Positions 26,461 to 36,980 of a stretch of 64,000 bases of DNA are shown here, in pieces (positions within the stretch are counted from its first letter, which is position 1; each line of letters opens with the position of its first letter). Under the pieces are notes generated by a model. The model was not told where the DNA came from. It made no database searches and saw nothing but the letters and a program-made list of their open reading frames with translations. The stretch comes from an uncultured Candidatus Saccharibacteria bacterium (GTDB lineage Bacteria; Patescibacteriota; Minisyncoccia; Phycocordibacterales; Phycocordibacteraceae): the NCBI GenBank assembly GCA_964646315.1, contig CAZYDN010000002.1, forward strand, positions 962 through 64,961, read 5' to 3'. Both the position numbers and the translations under genes were made by a program.

Positions 26461-28124
26461 CTCAAAACGAAGCACTAACTATTTTACAAACCGGAGCAAA
26501 TGTATTTCTTACCGGTGAACCGGGAAGCGGGAAGACGCATACGGTAAACGCGTATGTGGCGTGGCTTCGCAGTCACGGCATAGAGCCCTCCATCACCGCA
26601 TCAACGGGCATTGCCGCTACTCATGTGGGTGGCATGACTATTCACTCGTGGAGTGGCATTGGCATTAACGAGCGAATGACGCCAGAGTTGCTCGACTCTA
26701 TTGCATCTAAAGAACATGTGGCGAAGCGCTTACAAAAGGCGAAGGTGCTTATTATTGACGAGGTCTCAATGCTTTCAGGAGAAGTACTTGCGATGGTGGA
26801 CGCGGTACTTAAAGAGGTGCGCCATACCGATCTTCCAATGGGCGGTGTGCAGACGGTGCTCGTGGGTGACTTTTTCCAGCTACCACCGGTGTCGCGCAAT
26901 CCTACCGGTTTTGCGTTTCAATCCCCCGCATGGAAATTACTTAATCCGCTGGTGTGTTACCTCACAGAACAGCACCGTCAGGAAGACTCAGTGTTTTTGA
27001 ATGTTCTGGCTGCTATTCGTAGTGGGGAGTGGGATCACACGCATGTGTCTGTTATTACGTCGCGCGAAGCTGAATTAGACGAAGTAGATGACGAGACTCC
27101 AAGACTGTTTACCCATAATGCGGACGTTGACCGTATTAACGATGAGAAGTTGGCGTCGCTCCCCGCGCGTGCGCATTCGTTTGCAATGAGTGCTACCGGA
27201 CCTTCCGTACTTACGGACGCACTCAAACGTGGCTGCTTGTCTCCAGAAACACTCGCGCTCAAAGAAGGTGCAATCGTAATGTGTACAAAAAATAATCCAG
27301 CGGTTGGATATGTAAACGGTACACTTGGAAGTGTCATTGGGTACGAGATGGGAACGGGATACCCGATAATCGAAACGCGCGATGGGCGCGAACTGGTGAT
27401 TGCTCCCGTTGATTGGGCAGTTGAGGAGAATGGAAAGGTACGTGCAAAACTTGCACAGGTCCCACTTCGTCTTGCGTGGGCTATTACCGTGCACAAGAGT
27501 CAGGGTATGAGTATGGATGCCGCCGCAATGGATCTGTCGCGTGCATTTGAATATGGGCAAGGATACGTGGCGCTCTCACGTGTTCGTACTCTGCAAGGTT
27601 TGCGCTTGCTTGGGTGGAGTGAAGGGGCAATGCAGGTGCATCCCGATGTGCTTCGTGTGGATCGCTCATTCAGAGAGCAGTCCGAGGGAGCACGCCGTGC
27701 TTTTGAAGCACTTGATGCTTCCGAAGAACTAGTTGGAATGCAGGAGCGTTTTATTAAGGCCTCTGGTGGAACGGTTGAGGCAGTAGAAGGGAATGTTGCT
27801 CGAGCTCCAAAGAAAAGTACGTACGACGAAACACTGACACTTATAAAAGAAGGAAAAAGCTTAGGGGATATTGTCGCAACACGAGCCCTTACTTTTGGAA
27901 CTATTTGCGACCACTTGGAGAAGTTGCGTGAAGGGGGACTTATTTCACCTGAAGAGATTGATGCACTGTTGCCAGACACGTTGCGTACTGCGCTTCCAAA
28001 AATTAGAGCAGCCTTTGGTGAGGGGGAGGATAAAAAGCTCGCTCCCGCTTTCGGAAAATTAAAAGGGAAGTACTCGTATGATGAGCTTAAACTTGCTCGA
28101 TTAGTTATCCTCGGGGAAAAATAG
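26457..28124 (+). CDS. PIF1-like SF1B DNA helicase with C-terminal HTH
   Basis: GEPGSGKT, IIDEVSM, GDFFQLPPV, LAWAITVHKSQG, YVALSR. Confidence 0.92.
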   Translation: MTQNEALTILQTGANVFLTGEPGSGKTHTVNAYVAWLRSHGIEPSITASTGIAATHVGGMTIHSWSGIGINERMTPELLDSIASKEHVAKRLQKAKVLIIDEVSMLSGEVLAMVDAVLKEVRHTDLPMGGVQTVLVGDFFQLPPVSRNPTGFAFQSPAWKLLNPLVCYLTEQHRQEDSVFLNVLAAIRSGEWDHTHVSVITSREAELDEVDDETPRLFTHNADVDRINDEKLASLPARAHSFAMSATGPSVLTDALKRGCLSPETLALKEGAIVMCTKNNPAVGYVNGTLGSVIGYEMGTGYPIIETRDGRELVIAPVDWAVEENGKVRAKLAQVPLRLAWAITVHKSQGMSMDAAAMDLSRAFEYGQGYVALSRVRTLQGLRLLGWSEGAMQVHPDVLRVDRSFREQSEGARRAFEALDASEELVGMQERFIKASGGTVEAVEGNVARAPKKSTYDETLTLIKEGKSLGDIVATRALTFGTICDHLEKLREGGLISPEEIDALLPDTLRTALPKIRAAFGEGEDKKLAPAFGKLKGKYSYDELKLARLVILGEK

Positions 28125-28149
28125 CTTGCCTGTCGTACAATAGGACGAC

Positions 28150-29175
28150 ATGCAGTTCGGCCAGTTCATAGAAAGAGTGCGCAGGGTAAAACCCTCGCGT
28201 GGGTGGAAACGTCCGCTCATAGTGGCCCTTATAGTAAGTGTCTCGCTTCTTATAGGTAGTTTGCTTCTGTACGCGCAGTTTTTTGGTCCTGCAAACGAGT
28301 ATGGAGAAACTACAGAATTCATCGTAAAGCCAGACGCATCAGTTTTTGAGATTACGCGAGAACTCCGTCGCGCCGGATTTATAAAAAGTAGTACGGCGTT
28401 TTCGCTTGCGTTTCGTTTGTATGACAAAGGAAGAGGTATCCAAGAAGGTGGGTACAAGCTCTCGCCCGCCATGGATACACTCTCTATAGCAAAAGCCCTT
28501 GCGTCTCCTCCGTATCTGGCATGGGTTACGTTTCCAAGTGGATGGCGAAAAGAACAGATAGCCGATTTACTCGTGCGCAAACTTGGGTGGAGTGAGGATG
28601 AACGGGTTCAATGGATTAACGTGGACACCGCACCTTCTGCAGGTCTCATCGAAGGGGTGTACTACGGTGACACCTACCTTATTCCTACCGATCAGTCTCC
28701 GGCCTATGTGGCGGGGCGCTTGCGCGGCAGATTTACGGACGTGTTTGCGCCGTACGCCGCGGAAGCGGCTAAGCGCGGAATTCCGTGGACAGATGTCATC
28801 ACACTCGCTTCTTTAATTGAGAGAGAGGCTGCTAAAAACGATAAGGAAATTGTATCTGGTATTCTCTGGAACCGTCTTCACGCGAAGATGGGTCTTCAGG
28901 TAGACGCAACCTTGCAGTATATTCGAGGTGAAAAAGGAAATTGGTGGCCTGTTCCAACTTCTGCTGACAAAAAACTAGAATCTCCTTTTAACACCTATAA
29001 GCATGTCGGGCTTCCTCCACACCCCATAGCAAATCCCTCTCTTGAAAGTATCGATGCCGCGCTTCACCCCGCAAAGACCGACTGTATCTATTACATACAC
29101 GACACAAACGGCACCATTCACTGCTCTAAATCCTATTCCGGACACCTCGCAAATGTGAATAAATACCTTAAATAA
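28150..29175 (+). CDS. mltG: Endolytic transglycosylase MltG
   Basis: LASLIEREA, NRL, LQVDAT, SPFNTY..GLPPHPIANP. Confidence 0.92.
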   Translation: MQFGQFIERVRRVKPSRGWKRPLIVALIVSVSLLIGSLLLYAQFFGPANEYGETTEFIVKPDASVFEITRELRRAGFIKSSTAFSLAFRLYDKGRGIQEGGYKLSPAMDTLSIAKALASPPYLAWVTFPSGWRKEQIADLLVRKLGWSEDERVQWINVDTAPSAGLIEGVYYGDTYLIPTDQSPAYVAGRLRGRFTDVFAPYAAEAAKRGIPWTDVITLASLIEREAAKNDKEIVSGILWNRLHAKMGLQVDATLQYIRGEKGNWWPVPTSADKKLESPFNTYKHVGLPPHPIANPSLESIDAALHPAKTDCIYYIHDTNGTIHCSKSYSGHLANVNKYLK

Positions 29176-29256
29176 GCCTCGGTTGCGATTGACGACTCAT
29201 ATATATAAAGGTATTGTGTGAGTAATCGCCCAAGGGGCATTTTTATTTTATCTACT

Positions 29257-31041
29257 ATGGAAATACGCAACATCGCCATCATCGCTCACGTGGACCACGG
29301 CAAAACCACGCTTACTGACGCCATCATGAAGCAGACCGGAGCTGCGGCAGAGGGTGTGTCTATGGACTCAAACACGATTGAGCATGAGCGCGGCATCACC
29401 ATCTACTCAAAGAACACCTCTATTGAGTACAAGGGAACCAAAATCAACATTGTGGATACCCCAGGCCACTCCGACTTCGGTTCAGAAGTTGAGCGCGTGC
29501 TTCGCTCTATTGATTCAGTGCTTCTCATTGTAGATGCCCAGGAAGGACCAATGCCTCAGACTCGTTTCGTGCTTAAGAAGTCTCTTGAACTGGGACTCAA
29601 GCCTATTGTGGTTCTCAACAAAATTGATAAGCCAGCAGCTAATCCAGATTGGGCAGAGGAGCAGGTGCTTGAGCTCTTCCTCGAACTCGGTGCTTCTGAC
29701 GAACAATCTGATTTCACTACGGTGTACGCGATTGGTCGTGAAGGAGTTGCAATGCGAAAGCTTGATGACGAGCGTAAGGACCTTATGCCACTTCTCGATG
29801 TCATTCTCGAGAAGGTTGCTCCTACCTCAAGTCAAGAGAGTGCAGACAAGCCGCTTAAACTTCAGACCTTCAACCTAGCCTACGACAACTTCCTTGGACG
29901 TCTTGCTATCGGACGTGTGTACGAGGGTGTCGTGAAGGCAGGACAGACTATTTTGGTAAAGAAGCCAGACGGTGAAACTCGCACTGCCAAAATCACGAAG
30001 GTTTTCACCTTCAAGGGACTCGAGCGCGTGGACGTGCCTGAAGCGGTAGCTGGTGACATTGTTATCGTTGCGGGAATTGAGGACGCCTACATTGGCGAAA
30101 CTATCACCACTGATGAGGCAACTGAGCCTATGCCAGCTATTGCAATTGACGAGCCTACCATCACCGTGAACTTCCTCGTGAATAACTCACCGTTTGCAGG
30201 TAAGGAAGGTAAGTTTGTGACGAGTCGCCAGCTTCGCGAGTACCTTGAGCGCGAGCTCGAAGTGAACGTGGGACTTAAGGTGGACTTTGTGTCTCCGGAC
30301 GCTTTCAAAGTGTCAGGACGTGGTGAGCTTCACCTCGCTATTTTGCTTGAGAACATGCGTCGCGCAGGATACGAAATGCAGGTATCTCAGCCACAGGTAA
30401 TTGTGCGTGAGGAAGAGGGAGTTAAGGTTGAGCCGTTTGAGGAAGTCATCATCGACACACCAAGCGAGTACCAAGGTTCAATTATTGAGCGTCTTGGTCT
30501 ACGTAGTTTCGTGCTCCAGAACCTCACCCAAAACGACAATGCGGTTCGCCTTACGTTTGAAGGTCCTACTCGTGGACTTCTTGGATATCGCGGTCAGTTC
30601 GTGGTGGACACTAAGGGAGAGGGTATTCTTTCTTCGCGCGTTGTCGGCTTCAAGCCATACGCAGGTGAGATTAAGAAGCGTCAGGTAGGTTCCATGATTT
30701 CCATGGCTGCCGGAAAGGCGCTTGGATACGCACTCTGGGGTCTTCAGGAGCGCGGTATTCTGTACATTGTTCCTGCTACGGAAGTGTACGAGGGTATGGT
30801 TATTGGTAACACCTCGAAGGGTGAAGAAATGCAGGCAAACCCTACTAAGGGAAAGAATCAATCCAATGTTCGTTCGTCGGGTATGGATGAGGCTATCAAC
30901 TTGGTGCCAGCATTCACACTTACGATTGAGCGCGGTCTTGAAGTAATGGCGAGCGACGAATACCTCGAAATTACTCCAAAGAGTGTGCGTCTCCGCAAGC
31001 AGTATTTGACCGACTCAGAGCGCGCAAAGGCTCGCCGTTAG
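29257..31041 (+). CDS. typA: Translational GTPase TypA/BipA
   Basis: [22 protein letters not shown]; promoter TTGACG-17-TATTGT from 29189. Confidence 0.97.
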   Translation: MEIRNIAIIAHVDHGKTTLTDAIMKQTGAAAEGVSMDSNTIEHERGITIYSKNTSIEYKGTKINIVDTPGHSDFGSEVERVLRSIDSVLLIVDAQEGPMPQTRFVLKKSLELGLKPIVVLNKIDKPAANPDWAEEQVLELFLELGASDEQSDFTTVYAIGREGVAMRKLDDERKDLMPLLDVILEKVAPTSSQESADKPLKLQTFNLAYDNFLGRLAIGRVYEGVVKAGQTILVKKPDGETRTAKITKVFTFKGLERVDVPEAVAGDIVIVAGIEDAYIGETITTDEATEPMPAIAIDEPTITVNFLVNNSPFAGKEGKFVTSRQLREYLERELEVNVGLKVDFVSPDAFKVSGRGELHLAILLENMRRAGYEMQVSQPQVIVREEEGVKVEPFEEVIIDTPSEYQGSIIERLGLRSFVLQNLTQNDNAVRLTFEGPTRGLLGYRGQFVVDTKGEGILSSRVVGFKPYAGEIKKRQVGSMISMAAGKALGYALWGLQERGILYIVPATEVYEGMVIGNTSKGEEMQANPTKGKNQSNVRSSGMDEAINLVPAFTLTIERGLEVMASDEYLEITPKSVRLRKQYLTDSERAKARR

Positions 31042-31052
31042 AGGAATACCTT

Positions 31053-31090
31053 AAAACAAAAAATCCCGCGTCTGCGGGATTTTTTGTTTT
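31053..31090 (+). terminator. typA terminator
   Basis: AAACAAAAAATCCCGC...GCGGGATTTTTTGTTT. Confidence 0.85.
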
Positions 31091-31164
31091 GATCAGTAAG
31101 TTTGACAATACAAAAGAAGGTACGTAGTGTGGCGAGTGAGCACATTTTCAAAAGGAACCAAGTG

Positions 31165-31500
31165 ATGGCATACCGTGATAATGTTCAAGCCGCTGCGGAT
31201 AAACGCAATATTCCAAATCCTCTCGAAGAAAGTGACATTGCTATTGCAAGTCTCACTTTCTGGGGAGACGATGGTCCAATCCCTATTGCAGGAACGGACA
31301 TGAACCGGGCAGGGAGGTTCTTCTTCCAGATACTGGCTGAGGAACTCCCGCGCATGACCGAATCTCTCCCGGGTAGTCTTGAATGCGACCGATATCTGCG
31401 AGAAGAAGCTGCGAAGTTCTTTGCAGAACGCTGGGAAAACGATACTCCAATTTTTGTCGCCATTCGAACCTCGAAGAAGGTTGACCTTAAGTGGAGGTAG
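31165..31500 (+). CDS. Orphan soluble protein in a stand-alone cassette
   Basis: TTGACA(31102)-17-TAGTGT, SD AAGGA, ATG 31165, hairpin 31529-31554. Confidence 0.6.
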   Translation: MAYRDNVQAAADKRNIPNPLEESDIAIASLTFWGDDGPIPIAGTDMNRAGRFFFQILAEELPRMTESLPGSLECDRYLREEAAKFFAERWENDTPIFVAIRTSKKVDLKWR

Positions 31501-31651
31501 TTTTTACTGGGTTCTCGTTTTTTTTCGTTAGGGCGCTGCGCAAGCAGCGCCCTAAACCATTCATGAGGACTTCACGCATTACTTCATAATATAGAGAAAC
31601 CCTCGTGGCCGCCGAACGGGTCCTGGGCTTATTCCCTAATCTCACTCAATC

Positions 31652-31804
31652 ATGCTTTATACCATTGCCGTTGTGCTCCTGTTCCTGTGGGTGATTGGCC
31701 TTGTGACCTCCTATACGCTTGGAGGATTTATACATCTTCTACTCGTAGTTGCGGTGATTATGGTGCTCGTGCGACTCATTCAGGGTAAAAATCCAATTGC
31801 GTAG
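31652..31804 (+). CDS. lmo0937-family small membrane protein (not in ORF track)
   Basis: MLYTIAVVLLFLWVIGLVTSYTLGGFIHLLLVVAVIMVLVRLIQGKNPIA; hairpin 31834-31866 follows. Confidence 0.9.
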   Translation: MLYTIAVVLLFLWVIGLVTSYTLGGFIHLLLVVAVIMVLVRLIQGKNPIA

Positions 31805-32069
31805 CTTGCGTGTTTGCACTAAGTCGACTAGTTCAAGGACCAGGAGGTAGTGCCTCCTGGTCCTTGCTATATATACGTTTAGAGCTATAATGGTCTCATA
31901 CAACGTTTCTCCTTACGTTTTCCGTCTTGAGCGTGCAACCCACTGCCTCGAGACCAGTCAAAGGCTGAGAAACTCGAGACGTTGAAACCACACACGCCCT
32001 TGGTGCGTTTTTGGTACTTACAACCAAGGAAGTAGCGCGTAAGGCGCGCCTCCACTAGTCGAATTCAAT

Positions 32070-33497
32070 ATGAATCAATCAAGTAATTCGCATCCCCGCG
32101 GCAATAGTCGAGGTGGTGCATCACGCGGAGGTCGTCCAGGAGGACGCGCTCCACAAAACAGCTCCGCATACGAAGCTGGCATGCGTTTCGCTCTTGAGGG
32201 CGGATTTAAGCGTCCTGCTACTGCTCCTGTAGAGTCACGTCGTCGCGCACCTTCAGGTGGCGGTTCTTCACGATACTCACGTGGAGGTTCAAATTCAGGA
32301 GGCGAGCGACGTAGCTACGGCGGCAACGACCGTGGGGCACGCACAAGCTCTGCTCCTCGCGGACGACGCAACTACCAGGAAATGGATGTAGACGTATCAA
32401 AGCTTATCAACAAGGCTACAGCTCCTGAGCACGTAGAAGCATACGTTCCTGTGCATGCCTTCGCCGGTTTTGCTATCGACGAGCGTCTCAAGGAGAATAT
32501 TGCAAAGAAGGGGTACACCTTCCCAACTCCTATTCAGGACGAATCTATTCCTTATGTACTTGAAGGAAAAGATATTGTTGGACTTGCAAACACCGGAACC
32601 GGAAAGACTGCTGCGTTTCTTATTCCGCTAATCGATAAGGTGCTTAAATTCCGTACCCTTAACCAGGCGGAGCGCATTCTTATCATGGTGCCTACCCGTG
32701 AACTCGCTATTCAGATTGAAGAAGAGTTCTGGGGATTTGCTAAGGGACTTGGTCTTGCGTCGGTTACCTGTGTAGGTGGCGCGAACATTAGTCCTCAGGT
32801 ACGTGTTCTTCGTCGCAATCCAGCTTTCGTCATCGGAACTCCGGGACGTCTCAAGGATCTTATGGAGCGTCGTGAACTCGATCTTTCTCAATTCGGCACA
32901 CTCGTGCTCGACGAGGCAGACCGTATGCTCGACATGGGATTCATCGACGATATGCGTTTCATCATGAGCAAGATGCGTTCGACTCGTCACACCCTCTTCT
33001 TCTCGGCTACTATGTCTCGCGACATTGAACGCTTGATTGGAGAGTTCCTTAAAAATCCTGTGCGTGTCACGGTTAAAACCCGTGAGACATCACACACGAT
33101 TGATCAGGATGTGGTTCGTGCACATGCATCTGAGAAATTCGATAAGCTTGCTGAGATTCTCCGTGAGGAAGCCTGTAAGCGTGTACTCGTGTTTGGACGT
33201 ACCAAGCATGGGGTAGAGCGTCTCACTAAGGACCTACGTGGACTTGGTATCCGTGCAGAAAGTATTCACGGAGATAAGACACATGGAGCTCGTCAAAAGG
33301 CACTTGGCATGTTCAAGCGTGGGGAAGTAAACGTGCTCGTAGCAACTGACGTTGCTGCGCGCGGTCTCGATATTTCTGGTGTGTCGCATGTTATTAACTA
33401 CGACCTACCTGCAACATATGAGGATTATACTCACCGTATTGGCCGAACTGGCCGTGCTGGTGAAGCTGGAAAGGCGCTTACGTTCATTGGATCGTAA
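32070..33497 (+). CDS. DEAD-box RNA helicase with RG-rich N-terminal extension
   Basis: PTPIQ, ANTGTGKT, PTRELA, DEAD, SAT, HRIGRTGR. Confidence 0.97.
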   Translation: MNQSSNSHPRGNSRGGASRGGRPGGRAPQNSSAYEAGMRFALEGGFKRPATAPVESRRRAPSGGGSSRYSRGGSNSGGERRSYGGNDRGARTSSAPRGRRNYQEMDVDVSKLINKATAPEHVEAYVPVHAFAGFAIDERLKENIAKKGYTFPTPIQDESIPYVLEGKDIVGLANTGTGKTAAFLIPLIDKVLKFRTLNQAERILIMVPTRELAIQIEEEFWGFAKGLGLASVTCVGGANISPQVRVLRRNPAFVIGTPGRLKDLMERRELDLSQFGTLVLDEADRMLDMGFIDDMRFIMSKMRSTRHTLFFSATMSRDIERLIGEFLKNPVRVTVKTRETSHTIDQDVVRAHASEKFDKLAEILREEACKRVLVFGRTKHGVERLTKDLRGLGIRAESIHGDKTHGARQKALGMFKRGEVNVLVATDVAARGLDISGVSHVINYDLPATYEDYTHRIGRTGRAGEAGKALTFIGS

Positions 33498-33591
33498 TCC
33501 TTCCTAAAAGGAGCAGAAAGCCCGGGACCTTGCGGTTCCGGGCTTTCTGCTATACTTGGAGTATTGGTAATAAGGGAATTTGCGTAACGTT

Positions 33592-34299
33592 ATGGAACAG
33601 ACAAAATCTAGTGGATTCATCGAGAAATACCTCACGCCGATCGCGGTGATTGTGGGAGCCGGTATTATTGCTCTTGCGTTCATGTTTGGCCAGGGAGGAG
33701 GAGCTAAGCCAGGTGCTCAGCAGCCAGCAATTGCGGTAGATGTGAAGGATGTGAAAACAGATGGGGTGCCATTTATTGGAAGTCCAACGGCACCAGCAAC
33801 ACTTGTTGTTTGGTTTGACTACCAGTGCCCATTTTGTAAACAATTTGAGCAAACAATCACTCCTCAGCTTATTGAGAACTATGTGAAGACAGGTAAGCTC
33901 AAAATTGTATTCAAGGACTTCCAGTTCCTTGGAGAGGATTCTGTAACCGCATCATTGTTCGCACATGCGGTATGGGAGTCTAGTCCGGAGAGCTACCATG
34001 AGTGGCTTACTGCCGTAATGGATGCTCAGGACGATGAAGGAGATCAGGGCTTTGGTGACCTTGCTTCCATCGAAAAGGTAACTAAAGAAAAGGTTCCTGC
34101 CATCGACACTGAAAAAGTAAAAGCACTTATGGTAAGTAAGAAGGCTGAGTACACGAAGTCTATGAATGATTCGCGTGCTGAAGGATCTTCGTTTGGAATT
34201 AACGGTACGCCAAGCGTTATCGTCGGCACCAAGCTTCTTTCTGGAGCAGTACCGTACGCTACTATTGCGGCTGCTATCGACGAGTCACTTAAGAAATAA
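33592..34299 (+). CDS. DsbA-family thioredoxin
   Basis: TM anchor, DYQCPFC, GTP. Confidence 0.92.
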   Translation: MEQTKSSGFIEKYLTPIAVIVGAGIIALAFMFGQGGGAKPGAQQPAIAVDVKDVKTDGVPFIGSPTAPATLVVWFDYQCPFCKQFEQTITPQLIENYVKTGKLKIVFKDFQFLGEDSVTASLFAHAVWESSPESYHEWLTAVMDAQDDEGDQGFGDLASIEKVTKEKVPAIDTEKVKALMVSKKAEYTKSMNDSRAEGSSFGINGTPSVIVGTKLLSGAVPYATIAAAIDESLKK

Positions 34300-34364
34300 C
34301 GCACAACGTATTTCTGCAACAGAAAAGACGGCCAGCAGGCCGTCTTTTCTGTTATGCTACAGAT

Positions 34365-34520
34365 ATGAATATACAATGGAATAACGTTACTCGTTTCTCG
34401 CAACTGATAAGTATTGCGCTTTTTGTTGGGGTGTTTGCACTCGGTTTCTGGCTGGGTATGGAGTATGAACGCAATGCGATAATTAACGCAGTTAAAGCTT
34501 CAATGGAAGGAAAGCTCTAA
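34365..34520 (+). CDS. 51-aa single-TM protein (not in ORF track)
   Basis: MNIQWNNVTRFSQLISIALFVGVFALGFWLGMEYERNAIINAVKASMEGKL; TATGCT 6 nt before ATG. Confidence 0.7.
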   Translation: MNIQWNNVTRFSQLISIALFVGVFALGFWLGMEYERNAIINAVKASMEGKL

Positions 34521-35128
34521 GTCTTTTTCCTGTAGGTATCAATTAATTCAATAAGAATTGGTAGGGAGGAGACAACTATTATTCCAATAATAATGGGGAG
34601 TAAGTAGTGTTCAAGATTTGGAAAGATATTTCCGAGTGTATATCCCAAATAGGTTACGCCCGTGCCCCATAGGAGTGCCCCAATAATATTGTACGTAAGA
34701 AAGGTACGGTATTTCATGCTTCCAAGGCCGGCAAAGATAGGTACAAAGGTTCGTACTGCAGGAATGAACCGGGCAAGTATGATTGCGCGCATCCCGTATC
34801 TCGCATAAAAGGCTTCTGTTCTTTCAACAGTTCTCGTATTAAAAAAGAATCGACCTTTTCCGGTAAAAAGCTTTGGACCAAAATAAGAGCCAATAGAATA
34901 TCCAATACTATCTCCAATAATTGCAGCACTTGTGGTGAGTAAGAGGAGGGGGACTATCTCAAAGTAGCCCTGAGATGCTAAGAGACCTGCAATAAAAAGG
35001 AGAGAATCTCCTGGGAAAATAAAACCAAAAGGGAGTCCGGATTCTGCAAGCACTATCGCAAATATTCCAAAATATCCTGCACCGCGAACCAGCTCTGCAA
35101 GCGGAATTCCAAAAAGGTCGGTAATCAT
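34517..35128 (-). CDS. dedA: DedA family protein
   Basis: AESGL..FPGDSLL, LARFIPAVRTF. Confidence 0.92.
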   Translation of the reverse strand: MITDLFGIPLAELVRGAGYFGIFAIVLAESGLPFGFIFPGDSLLFIAGLLASQGYFEIVPLLLLTTSAAIIGDSIGYSIGSYFGPKLFTGKGRFFFNTRTVERTEAFYARYGMRAIILARFIPAVRTFVPIFAGLGSMKYRTFLTYNIIGALLWGTGVTYLGYTLGNIFPNLEHYLLPIIIGIIVVSSLPILIELIDTYRKKT

Positions 35129-35227
35129 GTGTAGGTTAGTATACCTGTCCTGAGGGCCAGAAGCACTGAGTAGGAATGACCGTAAAACAAACACAGACAG
35201 AGAAGTCTGTCTGTGTGGTGTTCGGTG

Positions 35228-35479
35228 TTAGAAGTTTCGTATTTGCGTTGCTTGTGGAAGAGGAAAATCAGGGGTTGCTTGAGGCAGTCTGAGAGTTCCA
35301 GTAGTTGAGAGAGTGCCAACAGATGCGGCGAGGTTAGTGGCTTGATCTGCGGAAACTTCTGCTCCACGAAGAAAGGCAAGAATAGTAGCTTCTGCTTGGT
35401 GAAGGACTGCGGGAAGAAAACATTGAAGGACGAGTAACAGTATCCCGAGCCCAATAGCCCTGAAAATAGGCATATGCAT
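35228..35479 (-). CDS. Small hypothetical protein
   Basis: Hydrophobic N-terminus FRAIGLGILLLVL. Confidence 0.55.
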   Translation of the reverse strand: MHMPIFRAIGLGILLLVLQCFLPAVLHQAEATILAFLRGAEVSADQATNLAASVGTLSTTGTLRLPQATPDFPLPQATQIRNF

Positions 35480-35609
35480 TAAGCTTAATGAGTAAGGAAT
35501 ACGGTGTTGAACAGCACGGTGTGGTGCTCATTCAATCGTCCTGTCAGTGATCAAATCCCTCTGCCCACTATAACTATAGTGAAGATAGTAAGGTTGCTAT
35601 ACTTCACGT

Positions 35610-36083
35610 ATGAATACGGAGAAAGCACTATTTGCCGCTGGATGCTTTTGGGGGATCGAAAAAGCATTTCTGGACATTACGGGGGTTATTGATGCTGAAA
35701 GTGGCTACACGGGAGGGAAGCGAGAAAATCCTACTTACGAACAGGTATGCACAGGGGCAACCGGACACGCGGAGACCGTACGCGTAACGTTTGATCCGGA
35801 GCAGGTATCCTACGAAGCACTCGTGCGTAAGTTCTTTAGCTTCCACAATCCTACAGAGCTCAATCGCCAGGGGCCGGATGTGGGAAGTCAGTATCGTTCT
35901 GCACTTTTTTACCTATCAGAAGAACAGAAAGCAGTGGCCGAGAGGGTTGCGAGCGAACTTGCACCTGTGTATCTGCCACGGTCTATCGTGACGGAGATTG
36001 TTCCTGCCTCGACTTTCTACCGAGCAGAGGAGTATCATCAAAGATACTTCGAGAAGCATCCCGAAGCCGTTTGTCACATTTAA
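35610..36083 (+). CDS. msrA: Methionine-S-sulfoxide reductase MsrA
   Basis: AAGCFWG, GHAE, QYRS, AEEYHQ. Confidence 0.97.
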   Translation: MNTEKALFAAGCFWGIEKAFLDITGVIDAESGYTGGKRENPTYEQVCTGATGHAETVRVTFDPEQVSYEALVRKFFSFHNPTELNRQGPDVGSQYRSALFYLSEEQKAVAERVASELAPVYLPRSIVTEIVPASTFYRAEEYHQRYFEKHPEAVCHI

Positions 36084-36092
36084 TTTTTACGT

Positions 36093-36821
36093 ATGAACCA
36101 GGAACATAATCCCTTTATCGCATTCGGTTTCATCATCGGGATAGCTCTCATCCTGGCTACCTGTATAGGAGCATGGGCAGTGTTTGCGGTGCGAGCTCTC
36201 GACAATACGCTTTCTGTGACAGGTTCGGCTAAAACGGAAGTAGATTCCGATTCTGTTAAATTCTCGTTTACTATTTCACGAATTGTTCCTGCCACAGAGT
36301 TGGCTAGTGGAAGTGCGAGACTTGATGCTGATTTGGCTACAGCAAAGGCATATCTCGTAGTCCAGCAAGTCCCCGATAGTGAAATTGCAATTGATCCGGT
36401 GATGACAAACCAGATATACGAGAATAACGGTACTCAGGCGAATAGATATCAGATGTCGCGCACCATTATTGTGAATTCAACGCGCATGGATGCAATGACG
36501 GCGCTTACTGCCAATCTCTCCTCAGCACTCACCCAGAAGGGATTAGTGATTCAGTCGAACCAGCCTGAGTATTACTACAGCAAGCTAGCGGATTTACGCG
36601 TCTCACTTCTCTCAGAAGCTATTAAGGACGCCAAAGCTCGAGCAGGTGCGATTGCTAAAGAGAGTGGGCAAAAGGTGGGGAAATTGCGATCATCCTCTTC
36701 GGGTGTGGTACAGATTCTCGCACCCAACTCCATAGATGTGTCTGACTATGGGCAGTATGATACTTCTTCTCAAAAGAAAGTAATTATGGTGTCCGTTCGT
36801 TCTACTTTTGAAATTAAATAG
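36093..36821 (+). CDS. SIMPL (DUF541) domain protein
   Basis: LSVTGSA, AIKDAKARA..IA. Confidence 0.88.
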   Translation: MNQEHNPFIAFGFIIGIALILATCIGAWAVFAVRALDNTLSVTGSAKTEVDSDSVKFSFTISRIVPATELASGSARLDADLATAKAYLVVQQVPDSEIAIDPVMTNQIYENNGTQANRYQMSRTIIVNSTRMDAMTALTANLSSALTQKGLVIQSNQPEYYYSKLADLRVSLLSEAIKDAKARAGAIAKESGQKVGKLRSSSSGVVQILAPNSIDVSDYGQYDTSSQKKVIMVSVRSTFEIK

Positions 36822-36848
36822 GACACACTACATAGAATTGTCAGGATG

Positions 36849-36878
36849 TTGATACTAGATTCGAAGGAGCGGTATACT
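36849..36878 (+). promoter_or_regulatory. Predicted sigma70 promoter of gcrA, GANTC in spacer
   Basis: TTGATA-18-TATACT; GATTC at 36858-36862. Confidence 0.6.
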
Positions 36879-36980
36879 GCCAGCAGGGTGCGAAGGGAAC
36901 ATTGTGGCTCTTTGTAAACTATCTAAACGTCGACCACGTCAGCCAGTCGCACAAGCGACAAACCACGAAAGGGGTGGATT

